Below are positions 42,401 through 48,571 of a stretch of 64,000 bases of DNA, in pieces. Location of the stretch: IMG/VR virus record IMGVR_UViG_3300028886_000058, positions 32,001 to 96,000 of that record; one strand, 5' to 3'. The DNA is from a virus. Its lineage: Duplodnaviria; Caudoviricetes. The position numbers and the translations under genes are program-made. The notes below the pieces were generated by a model. It had not been told where the DNA came from. It did no database searches and was given only the letters and a program-made list of their open reading frames with translations. Each line of letters begins with the position of its first letter. Position 1 is the first letter of the stretch.

Positions 42401-45400
42401 AATCTGCGTTAACAATGCCTAGCATTGTATCACGTAATCCAAGCTTCATTCTTCCAACAGCACTATTAGGATCTATTTCTCCATTAGCCGTCTTAAGAAT
42501 TTCATCCCAGTTATATCCTTCGTTTATGTCGTACCCGTACACATTCTTCGCAATAAAACGAGCAAGATTTTGAGATCGCATACTGCCACTCATACTTGCA
42601 GAAGGAAGATTTATACCGAAGAAATTCTTTTTCCTGAGTTCTTCAGGATCAATGTTTCCAAACTCGTCTCTGGATTTATCTACCATTCTATACCATTCAC
42701 TGAATGGTTTATATTTTCCAATAATAGATTGTTGTTGGCTACTTGTGTTTCTACCTTCGCCTTTTTTACCTTCTGTTGAGTTTGCATTGTATTGTCTATC
42801 AGCATCGATCAATGCAATTGCTATCTCTGAATCTGGTGTCATTTGAAACGCATTTCGAACTGTTGCGTTAGGCGTTCCCATCGAAGACGATTGCAAAGCA
42901 TAGTCAGACATCCATACTGCCGCGTTCTGTGCACCCTTTTTAGTTCTAAAATCAGTAGAAAAACTGTTTCCATGTTCTCTGAAGCGCCTTAAAACATTGT
43001 CTCTTTGCTTAAGTTGTTCTTCGGAAAGATTTCCACTTTCATATAATTTTTTATTATTCTTTACAGTAGCAGTAACTATTTTGTCCATTACTTTTGCAAT
43101 TGATGCTTTTTTCTCTTCGTTCGTAGCAAGTTCAATAATCTCCATTACGTCGCCGTCGAAATCAGCGCCTTGTAAAAGCTGCATCAATGGAGATGTAGTT
43201 GAGATATATAAACCATACGGATCTAATCCTATAGATTCTGCGAATTTTGAAATAGCATTATCGCCTTTCGCATTCATCACAGCTTGAACAGATTGTCCAG
43301 TTGCTGGGTATCTGCCAAGACCTAATTTGCTTGCAAGTGTTTTTTGGAACAAGACTCTATTGTCCCCAAGTGTCAATTCATTGAGTCTATTTTGCACTTT
43401 CTTTGGAAGTTGCTCAAAAGCCGACATAGTTTCGCCATTACGCTTTGTCTGCATATCAGCATTAAACGCATCAATTAACCATGGAGCAGCCATTCCTTTA
43501 TATGCAGATGCGTTTTCTGGAAGCATAATGTCTCCACGCAACATTCTTGCCATAATTGCTTGGCGGTAATCAGAAATTCTATTTTGAATAGCTTTGCTTC
43601 CAAAAAGTTCTGGATGCTTAGCAAGCAAATCGTGTGTTTCACCTTCGGCAAATAAATGATTCATTGCATAATCGTAGTTACCGACATTTTTATAATGTTC
43701 GATAAAAGATCTTGCAAACAACATGCTATCTGATTTATCCATTGAAAGTGTTTGCGCTAACTGTCCAGATATCCATCTTGTTTTACCGTTTGCGTCGCTG
43801 TAAAGTTTATTAGCATATATTCCTTTTTGAATATCTTTTTGAACTTCTTTTGTTATTTCTTCATTTGTCATTCCTGCGAAACGAGCGTTTGCATTTTTCA
43901 AGTCCGCAGCGTTAACAATCATATCAACGTCTTTGCCAATCTTGATGCGTTTACCAATCTTAATTTCCTTACCTTTATCATCAAGACGAACATTTCCATT
44001 TTCATCTAATAAAGCTTCTTTTTCTGCGTCAGATCCAGTATACGACGAAAGATAAAGTTCGCCACCGTAAGCTTCTATAAGTTTCTCAATATCTACAGCA
44101 GAAAGTGCAGACTTAATACCATGTGCACGACCTTGGAAACCTTTCTGTACAAATCTGTTAGAAATAATACTAGCACCGTTTAGTCCAGCGCCGCCATTTC
44201 CTTTTGTAGTGTCTTCAAGATCAACAACAACAATGTTTTGAGGCATTTCAGACCCAAATAATTTTTGAATGCTTTTGCCTGGCGTTGCGTTTTTATTTCT
44301 ATATTCCATTGCAGCAGCATATGTTTTCCAATCAGAAAAATCTGTCATTCCTAATCCAGCTGAAAAATATGTAGGATCTTCTTTGTTTATTTTGTCAAAG
44401 ATGCTTTTCCTAACAAATTCAGCTCCCATTTTAGGATTTATTCTGGATAAGACATATCTTTCATTCGCATCGTTCTTTCCTTTGCCGGAAATACCATGTT
44501 GAAACACATCAGCGTATTGATTAATTAAAGCTTTTCTTTCCGCTGCTGGTAAATTTGGATCACCAAGACGCGGATCAACCTCAAGATAAATTACATCGTC
44601 TGAATACGCATTATGCTTTTTGATACCGCCTTTGCTATTACGCATAATAGTATTAAGATGCATACTTTCGTCAACTGCAATGTGATGATAGTCTTTGTAA
44701 TTATCATATGTTTTTCTATCGTTCCAATTTCTATTGTTTTTTATATCATCTAAGTTATAAAAAGCAACTTCATAACTATTCGGAACAGGAGAATAATTAA
44801 TCTTTCCTGCTGAATACATTACGTTTTGCTTGTTTCTTCTTCCGCTATTTATCTTATTATAATCTTGTTGGGAATATCTTTCTGCTTCAAACCATCCATA
44901 TTCATCACTTAACCTTCTTGCGGCAGACATTCCACCCATAAATCTTTTGTTTGATTTGCGAGCTATTTTATCCCAGACGGCAGGATCATTAACGTCTGTG
45001 ATGCCGTACATTCCCATACCCTTTGCTGAATTCACAAGATCATCATATAAATAAGCGCCCATTGACTTGACCATGCCTCTGGACACGTTCTTCTTGACAA
45101 AGAGTTCACCATTTTTTCTTTGTACGATTTTAGCTGCTTCAGCAGCGTCAGCTGCAAACTGGTTATTCATCAACAAAGAATATAATGCTTGAGTTTCTTT
45201 AGCCGTTAATGATTGCGAATTTGCTTTTAATGCTTTTGCAAAATCAGGACTTGAGACATTTGCTGTACCAGTATTTATTCTTTTAAAACCTGTTGGAAGC
45301 ATATCCTGAAAACTGTCAAAAAGATGTTTTGCAGATCCTGTGCCAGTTGCTATTCTATTCATGAACGAAGCACGTTGAGTTTGACCTACACCTTTAAGAA

Positions 45401-45974
45401 TTGCCAGTCGGAAAATATCATCAACGTTACCAGAAGTATCATTTCCTAGTAATGCAGAACGCATTGCTTTGTATTTTTGTGTCGCTTTTATAGAAGCTAG
45501 GATTTGATCATCAGATGCCAAAGAACCGGTTTGTCTATAAATTTTAGTCGCATCTCTTGCCATTCCCATTAACTGAGGCATTAACGACTTCATTTGCTTT
45601 TGAGTATATGCTGTTGTTTGAGAGCCTATCTGCGATGTCAATTTCTGGATGGTTTGCACATCAGAAATAACGGCAGACAAACTTCTTGCCAAATTATTGA
45701 ACTCTGTTGTTTTAATATCCATTTGATATGAATCAAGTTTTCCAGCTTTTATTTGATCATTTATCAAAGACATATTGTGAAGAGTATTTGTGACGTTTTG
45801 AGATGCTTCATCAAATTGAGCACCAGTTTCTGGCAAAATAGATTCCGCATTCTTTTTTGTTTCTTTAATTGTTTTATTAAGTCTTTCACCCGCTGTAACA
45901 AGAGAGTTAAAATTCTCAACCGAATTACCAAAATCAATTTCAAAAGAAATTACACTTTGATTCTTTTCTGGCAT
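30456..45974 (-). CDS. Tape measure polyprotein, 5172 aa, with N-terminal RNA polymerase-like and PD-(D/E)xK nuclease domains
   Basis: Located between tail chaperones and Dit. TP901-type core around 38500-39450 (FDASMNEIQAIT...GTALQTVFTRM...AMAGTRQ.N.F..LM). C-terminal GGLVDYTGPAWVDG..KPEAFL. GADFDGD at 43149-43169. Nuclease motifs at 41335-41960. Confidence 0.9.
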   Translation of the reverse strand: MPEKNQSVISFEIDFGNSVENFNSLVTAGERLNKTIKETKKNAESILPETGAQFDEASQNVTNTLHNMSLINDQIKAGKLDSYQMDIKTTEFNNLARSLSAVISDVQTIQKLTSQIGSQTTAYTQKQMKSLMPQLMGMARDATKIYRQTGSLASDDQILASIKATQKYKAMRSALLGNDTSGNVDDIFRLAILKGVGQTQRASFMNRIATGTGSAKHLFDSFQDMLPTGFKRINTGTANVSSPDFAKALKANSQSLTAKETQALYSLLMNNQFAADAAEAAKIVQRKNGELFVKKNVSRGMVKSMGAYLYDDLVNSAKGMGMYGITDVNDPAVWDKIARKSNKRFMGGMSAARRLSDEYGWFEAERYSQQDYNKINSGRRNKQNVMYSAGKINYSPVPNSYEVAFYNLDDIKNNRNWNDRKTYDNYKDYHHIAVDESMHLNTIMRNSKGGIKKHNAYSDDVIYLEVDPRLGDPNLPAAERKALINQYADVFQHGISGKGKNDANERYVLSRINPKMGAEFVRKSIFDKINKEDPTYFSAGLGMTDFSDWKTYAAAMEYRNKNATPGKSIQKLFGSEMPQNIVVVDLEDTTKGNGGAGLNGASIISNRFVQKGFQGRAHGIKSALSAVDIEKLIEAYGGELYLSSYTGSDAEKEALLDENGNVRLDDKGKEIKIGKRIKIGKDVDMIVNAADLKNANARFAGMTNEEITKEVQKDIQKGIYANKLYSDANGKTRWISGQLAQTLSMDKSDSMLFARSFIEHYKNVGNYDYAMNHLFAEGETHDLLAKHPELFGSKAIQNRISDYRQAIMARMLRGDIMLPENASAYKGMAAPWLIDAFNADMQTKRNGETMSAFEQLPKKVQNRLNELTLGDNRVLFQKTLASKLGLGRYPATGQSVQAVMNAKGDNAISKFAESIGLDPYGLYISTTSPLMQLLQGADFDGDVMEIIELATNEEKKASIAKVMDKIVTATVKNNKKLYESGNLSEEQLKQRDNVLRRFREHGNSFSTDFRTKKGAQNAAVWMSDYALQSSSMGTPNATVRNAFQMTPDSEIAIALIDADRQYNANSTEGKKGEGRNTSSQQQSIIGKYKPFSEWYRMVDKSRDEFGNIDPEELRKKNFFGINLPSASMSGSMRSQNLARFIAKNVYGYDINEGYNWDEILKTANGEIDPNSAVGRMKLGLRDTMLGIVNADYLAPSDVMVAQLLQLKARATEEEEKRVAQERQNGLLKGTDLRRSDAAIAKSRLASQGGSVIDNLVSYALTQNSSILGANRDLFGQLNQIGLTNLIGHTDLSGYVQGEVLSNNALKQEAEAKRLLERNDTLSQIATFDQETRAKKLDQLQFSPSLFASLMKNPTAWAEHYLGGKEQDVTPYTHLGWATHEAVEGFMRKRMARALEENPTLMTEDELAKAAQEAVGDFEKYFDDNVGKKGLSKAEVKKLKNTDSYKNIKNYLGNSLVNLFPESEYEVVAVEGATSPGEKNSPLTFNLGKKINKNEKGEEEDVTSKGYFDLLVRNRKTGQYSIGDLKNYPHATAHDRAMWQMQQLLYASAIPGYLESKGLAAGGLEGIHIVEPIQNRLSQINSSPEAIQKNLEKAQEGTRLIQTLAENGFQMDQVLAVSKALDDMFGHSGFSEIANTLQQEQNRVEHMQAQVGSNTGEGVGAALVMHDEYNKAMQTVSGINSFIWKNDASKQGLRGNAWLRNYEQLAMQQGTIYDLENAGMFIQADMLRDQVDRARSGLDAILPDASVKNLQDAYDLLHNINTEEVASKKANSKVEEFKNLTAQIEAASDAYEVLKSKIESNETNAKKKKAELKGAETEEEKIRLQNEIAEIEAQNEIFIPKRKEAAALQNKLNKEKSKYLKKNEKDVWDELNQSRDYLDDLASGEKTSNVTSISDEMTSYIKSVKQLKANAKLYAKEFGIDEESDEYANYMKSLDKMISISSMKAYGDNIIDKSFADFESRKARIAGNVSSLRLSTDEQINIAAHEQTEKIKQEKASIQKRYGKTKLSAAQQERLDSLLSYYDQYNEDDYIEQLRAENDIREQRDSLRIKQSIRQMDQMKRHGLGTRNGFLVRALDRRDSALSQWENKQQSINEDLTKKREQLNSYIKSGDTSSDKYKNTKKEVEELEAASLEAGKAIEQLSDPMATAMAITSQFGDVVGRLATRLGRQLFQKALQETKRFVKEFDASMNEIQAITLKSDEDMTGIRSQTISKALGLRTSVSNVAGVEAALYRQGLSDTEVSSRTESIIKFATVTKLNVTEATKIITTALQNDLVPSAEAAMDALVALGDSAATTAAEIGKGMQKAAAAAKVAGVSYSELTALLTIGTSDTQLSGTQVGTALQTVFTRMRRLSLSKWTSDQNGEATTASDAEAALQSVGIDLWDDKTLGKMRSSYEVLSDLSKVWQNLSDAQKNIVMNAMAGTRQTNVFATLMEGMSEDNGATLDKYLGLAENSSGITQTKYEVAMQSLSASMNELKSSWDAVVESFVNGGVVTGVLDGISGFLQMISNNNGIEHGFSVIAGGISAITAATAALALSGGKLAPITTLIMLVAGLAGGALSEGLFAGLNFQSEKEKFNKYKESLLTSNEESKAIRDESYDSKQNVIDEVTRLGKAYNDLKDSQDSVAKSQAENNLTKGLYDLKNAFPEVSASILNAIKDLSNWENAVKSASETGKKYLKENTRQTVQEAVDYEAKTSQQTYENLLYEESFTPQRISNLKTGISSWIKSKYVPNESSLYAIMSGMESGSYTYSDYKEANDRYNIYKDKTPEEIIRKFNTESAANKDNQSRVNALVSLYSENKDFKDYIDIMYGTDPVAIALKNKKENKISNEDATSFWQNVVTGLMNQEMQENLDIAKRQIDLNFAQNMVKDFPIESLANASDVYDSEFLEKTLKNYIVKNVVDQETNEILPEYLIQEGAKKGLLSTEAITPLISRVFTGFLNSNNPSAYINRFVEENAPEDAWSYFVNGKGFTTEDEAKAFVRTNGLEYTSIKNANGNVAYQTADRLISAKIQQANANNLQTSIASILNGQPISTDAAMLLAQEITGSQYQGESDEEYDKRLQKAYLSSLSRYRIKGISEYESIDELKSAYASAGLDSVLANAIFDTPEALLGWLGNDINIVKSGLENAVTGKATNASISSSWGEIINLLSSQPNLIEGYRNSDGYKSFQTYFGDNADNILNALETGTYVGSEYENLVRRTLAEKGIAFGTGKQYTNSQAASLAKKVLGYDSLTEAETGLTQWTEDEWSAAKSISGLEKYMQMDLFQRRSQEGVNLKREIDVQIAVTGVSELESANKVLEGTAALVEGLQKGGEFAIKAKLEFENTLYNNAQQAALFRNGTAEEQLNAMMSYTGWSKERIQNNREEAIKLTEQRIAEEDQKTDESIRQAALAELNDFYGTTGNEYRYQYDESTGTIGFASDNMAQYGTFFSVPSYIQERYEKILADYNKPSSSTVDRSALLADTTRKYSDSELANARMQLLNGVLTKDTDYDLYSAAVSSLGTYGQQYQWAIENGQTPSEELRQLAFNENNEALRVAQEQESLEKAKLSSTSAGGAFNYQQLQYQQQNKGAIAANEIYNSLSNGSIKSFVDLANAINDTDVQNWTDLLNSSEELRKKFNDIGVKADENGNIDFSDVEASGHEASEVLLMLAQAAASASESFNNITEVLTSGETYDRALSFLQGDIADQEAGYEALSQITGNTRYSNYVRNSLIDFQNGVGLNLPEGAYFENGSWFLDDGNMTERLATFNPNENLSDLDQLYANTIVNNAANGVSGLTNSQRYQGLQQIINSNDISAIRNNDRIGSFEAYTSGIEGFDTWAAVAEAVQEAGIELDDFNETNERYDEILKKSGKTSDEWNKAQKNITKSLRDARKAMHDDSSSIQEQTSAFKNLRSELSKVAKNQYYTDQFKKGKRDKDTLSAVKEMTGFNLSDKELKSGKFNDAILKALEENEASDIAGLQDFANNYIDDLSDVLGEYINGETLTIPGGPTVNLEGGSWNVSMEDIVEGVGSAMSEEQAKLIALLQSMGVDAHYEVTDDGTHVSGKVVIDSVKGTGSHGGGGGGGGGGGKSGLDKLLEKQKHDLAALQHEQKMLEIDEIHYEKMNDYDNYLSTVDKEINLQSRLEAQYQKSIEELKNYRSGLSKYSDDWWKATEQLYSYEEELNNIKNVLDDLEGKKITIVEIRQENEEKPATQRATILQKQAQNYQLAEEFGKYESTQNDILSQYKEDIKKNNDDIKEYEDLLTKYKENSKNWLNVRDHIWQLQAENADLENQFLQDTIALNEARLGNIATQLERNSMDAQHNINNFESYGNAYQMLHMYDEYRDTVRGIKAENEELYKYYQEAANSARAQMAQLEEDGWSETESWYNAKEALYSYDEMLHQLDVDKIERDQAIAQSYVDQARYQVEDAVKPLQAQLQMAQLQGEAYKKESNNEGYLQMLREQAELQEQIAIEQEAQRDSLQEMLDTAIGNGEIEEYSDAWKIVTEGIWELEQGSKSASNAIIDLKNEIEQVSFQNIVDAFSVIDDLNQHQIKLVQYDETKFQNLGELTNYGRALEVEQGLHNERTSNIENQLEILRAFYDTLDSSSPIYKQVRAEIYKLEEARKSEINTVEQLTEKIRKNQEAIIKAHTDVENAIDKEIRNRIQTEKNMLNATVTMENTIINVIKKNYQDEWALIKKTIQKQKEALNEQKALLNERIKAKKDAMNQEDKMEELSRLKQQLALIQADQSRTKDAKELSKKIEEIERDLAWNIADEQAAAQNKLYEDQIKALDEFVSTEEENLNERLSHYDTFRDKVTELLSGTFDDFVNFMAQDDEEYKNASEERRKQLEQGWEDTWHVMKHELQTYWDEVEGYGSSKESFMDYMLGSDSYAMASEAGKKAIEMNLDYMYDRMIAADKDDKYELYDTHEILDKIDDMQDWTYKVEWDSADSDFGNLKDYFDAIIGGPHKDLYTDFMSQFSEYEGIGKKDEPKKKKSSSSSSSSSSSSSPSGYANYYATAFGLKSDNTTLLAGGGWKSSKNAAKDAAISEFAKKGGVQRQTGNIYQEDKNGTVNAGGRKAKNVGTFLNGGLVDYTGPAWVDGTKTKPEAFLDSTDTALLRAMLDEFTYIKTSPYMTHLDESAFGKGGINVGDVNVNLYEARLESDADYDEVARRVGKAFTKELQKDGFNLAAYAW

Positions 45975-46130
45975 AATTAACGCCTCCTAAATGTTTATTT
46001 ATATTTCAAACAGCAAAATGCTGATAATTACAAACTTAAAAAATATATTTAAAACAAAGTAAAATCCTGACTTATAACCCTGGTGGTTTAAATGCCGAGA
46101 AAAAATAGCAACTAAGTTCAGGATAAGTTA

Positions 46131-46152
46131 GGGGAGTGCCTAAGCACTCCCC
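46131..46152 (-). terminator. Hairpin after ORF 46159
   Basis: GGGGAGTGC/GCACTCCCC 9-bp stem. Weak U-tract. Confidence 0.4.
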
Positions 46153-46158
46153 TTAACG

Positions 46159-46521
46159 TTAAGAATTTTTAAAATTCTCCCAATCTTCATTTTCACGATT
46201 AGCTTTCATGAATTCAGTTACTTGCTTTATGTAAGCCGTTTCTTCTTGCAGCATTGCAGGTTCTACTTGCATTGTTATAATTTCATATAGCCAGTTTAAA
46301 ACTTCAGGTTTTTTAGAGTTAATGGTGTTTCTTTTTTCAACTTCAAGTTTTAATGTTTCATAAATATTTTCCCAGCTTGCAGTTTCATCTGAAATATCAG
46401 ATTTATTTAGTCCATTCTCTTTTAGTATTTGGAACCACATCGGCTCAAGATAGAATAATCCATTATCAGCCTGACTAATAGTTAAATCATTTGCCTTATT
46501 TATAAAATCAATATATAACAT
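46159..46521 (-). CDS. Hypothetical protein
   Basis: Likely start ATG 46521 (MLYIDF). No recognisable motif. Confidence 0.55.
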   Translation of the reverse strand: MLYIDFINKANDLTISQADNGLFYLEPMWFQILKENGLNKSDISDETASWENIYETLKLEVEKRNTINSKKPEVLNWLYEIITMQVEPAMLQEETAYIKQVTEFMKANRENEDWENFKNS

Positions 46522-46522
46522 A

Positions 46523-46696
46523 TCATTTCGCCTCACCTTCAAGAGTAACGGTTTTTATTTTTTTCCCAAATAACAACTGTTCTTCAGAATATTCAATCTT
46601 ATTAATATCTATTCTTCCGTACTTGTTATGTCGATACATGACAACAGAATCTTTTGGCAATTTCTTTAATTCAGTAATAAGCTCTTTAATGGTCAT
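46523..46696 (-). CDS. Small protein, 57 aa (not in ORF track)
   Basis: MTIKELITELKKLPKDSVV... RBS GAGGTG. Paralogue of 46701..46865. Confidence 0.6.
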   Translation of the reverse strand: MTIKELITELKKLPKDSVVMYRHNKYGRIDINKIEYSEEQLLFGKKIKTVTLEGEAK

Positions 46697-46700
46697 ATGA

Positions 46701-46865
46701 TCACCTCAAAACAACAACAGAAGAATAATTATACTGAGAAACAGAGCTGTCTAAAAAATATGAACCGTCGCAAAGTTCTACTTCGCCTATTTCTTTAAGA
46801 TCGTTTACAACAGGTAAATCCATTGGCATGTTCTCTAATTCTTTAATTAGATCTCTGACTGTCAT
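46701..46865 (-). CDS. Small protein, 54 aa (not in ORF track)
   Basis: MTVRDLIKELENMPMDLPVV... RBS AAGGTGG. Confidence 0.6.
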   Translation of the reverse strand: MTVRDLIKELENMPMDLPVVNDLKEIGEVELCDGSYFLDSSVSQYNYSSVVVLR

Positions 46866-47550
46866 CAGATCCACCTTCTTTTTTCCAAGGGAACAAGAAC
46901 TTTAACCAGCTTTTCTTTTCATCTGGAAGAACGCCTAAGACAACTTGTTTTTCCGGTTCGATCTTATTAAGCTGAGCAAACAATTGTTTTCCTACACTAA
47001 TAACACGTTTAATATTTGAATTGTTGTAGCATATTTTCATTGTTGCAAACATTTCGTATTCATTAGAACCAAACGTGAAAGGATTTTCATCAGCAATATC
47101 CATTAAATGAATGACAAACTGTTCGAACGAAGCTTCATTATTAGACAAATATGCTTCGTTAACCAATTTAATTACATATTGAACGTCTTCTGCTTTTTCA
47201 GATTTAATTTTTTCTTGTGCGCGTTCAGCTTCTTGGATTTTCTTTTCTTCCTGTTCTGCTTTTTTGTCATAGATATATGGTTGCTTTGGATCTAACTCGC
47301 ATAACCTTTTTGCGTGTTCAATCATCCTGCGACGATTTATCTTTTGATCTACATATCCTCTTGCCCAAATAGAATAGGCTTTCTGCATTTGGAAAAACTC
47401 TTCATATTCGGGTGTGTTATAAGGAAATGGATTCTCGGTTGCAAGCTGCATCCAGCATCTTGCACACTGTTCGACAACGTCCATATTTCCTTCCTTATAA
47501 CCTTGTTTCATATTGGCAAACATGACATACATTTGATTATTTACGCTCAT
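46843..47550 (-). CDS. Hypothetical protein with internal duplication
   Basis: Likely start ATG 47550 (MSVNNQ) after AAGGAG. Two copies of M..A.ENPF.....EYE.F..M...Y. Confidence 0.6.
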   Translation of the reverse strand: MSVNNQMYVMFANMKQGYKEGNMDVVEQCARCWMQLATENPFPYNTPEYEEFFQMQKAYSIWARGYVDQKINRRRMIEHAKRLCELDPKQPYIYDKKAEQEEKKIQEAERAQEKIKSEKAEDVQYVIKLVNEAYLSNNEASFEQFVIHLMDIADENPFTFGSNEYEMFATMKICYNNSNIKRVISVGKQLFAQLNKIEPEKQVVLGVLPDEKKSWLKFLFPWKKEGGSDDSQRSN

Positions 47551-47563
47551 ATAGCACATCTCC

Positions 47564-47944
47564 TTATATTGGTAATCCATCAGCCCAGCTGATATCACCA
47601 AGCTGATCTTTAAGAGCTTTCTGAGAAGCTTCTTTAGATTTTGCTTCAACAACTTTAATTTGTCCCATAAGACCCATAACACCAGTATTTGGTTTTCCAC
47701 CATTTTTAAGTAATGGATTAGCAGCTTGAACAATTTTTGCACTGTCTTTGGCGAAAGAGTTTCCATATAGGTTGGAAATAGACTCATAATTAATTCTCTT
47801 ACCAAGTGCTTCCAATACAGCTTGGAACCAAACATATGCCATATTATTGATCTTATTTTCATCTACTTCGCCCAGGTGAGCGGCGACAGCAGCTGCTGCT
47901 TCGTCAAGGTTTAACGCTTCGCTGCCTGGGCTTCCCTGTTTTTT
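47564..47944 (-). CDS. Tail assembly chaperone, frameshifted C-terminal part (gpGT-like)
   Basis: The -1 frame is open from the slippery heptamer AAAAAAC (47938-47944) into ORF 47564..47842. Confidence 0.7.
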   Translation of the reverse strand, partial: KKQGSPGSEALNLDEAAAAVAAHLGEVDENKINNMAYVWFQAVLEALGKRINYESISNLYGNSFAKDSAKIVQAANPLLKNGGKPNTGVMGLMGQIKVVEAKSKEASQKALKDQLGDISWADGLPI

Positions 47945-48465
47945 CTTGCTTGCTCTTCTTTCTCGTCTATGTGGTTGATACGTCCAAATATTTTACAAAT
48001 TTTATCTATAGTGTCCGCATCTATTTCATCATAGTTATCCCTTACAAAATCAGAGCTATCAAAAACAGCAACAAGAAAATCATATAATAACTGGTCTGCA
48101 CTACGTCGTTCGTCTATAACCCCTTTGTCATAAGTTAACAACTCGTGCAACGGAACAGCCTTGATAATTCCATAGCCAGACGCAGCTTTATTTCGAAAAT
48201 ATTTTAATTTGGTTGGTTTGATTTCAATTTTCTCACCGTTAATAACAACACAATTTTCTTCAATTAGATTAGAAGGTTTATCTTCTTTTTCAGGGGAAGC
48301 TTCTGGAGTAAAGTCTAATTTTTTTGACTCTATCGGAGTTTCTGTATTTTTTTCTGATTCCTTTGGTTTTTCTTCTTTAAACGGTAAATTATCCGGAGTT
48401 GCCGGATTAGTAATAACACTTTCCGGAAGATCCGTAATATCACTTGGAACTGGTAATCTAGGCAT
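47911..48465 (-). CDS. Tail assembly chaperone (gpG-like)
   Basis: Between the tail tube and tape measure genes. Start ATG 48465 (MPRLPVP). Ends near the slippery site. Confidence 0.7.
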   Translation of the reverse strand: MPRLPVPSDITDLPESVITNPATPDNLPFKEEKPKESEKNTETPIESKKLDFTPEASPEKEDKPSNLIEENCVVINGEKIEIKPTKLKYFRNKAASGYGIIKAVPLHELLTYDKGVIDERRSADQLLYDFLVAVFDSSDFVRDNYDEIDADTIDKICKIFGRINHIDEKEEQARKNREAQAAKR

Positions 48466-48484
48466 TTTCCTTTCTCCCTTCGAT

Positions 48485-48520
48485 AAAAAAAGGGGAATAC
48501 TGCATGTTACAGTATTCCCC
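48485..48520 (-). terminator. Intrinsic terminator after the tail tube gene
   Basis: 11-bp stem GGGGAATACTG/CAGTATTCCCC followed by T7 on the minus strand. Confidence 0.8.
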
Positions 48521-48571
48521 AAACATTATATCCTACTGTAACCTTATATATAAACCTTAAGCAAGATACAA

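Noticed and set aside
47551-47862. N-terminal extension of ORF 46843..47862
   Set aside because: It overlaps the frameshifted chaperone frame. A good RBS and ATG at 47550 give a better start.
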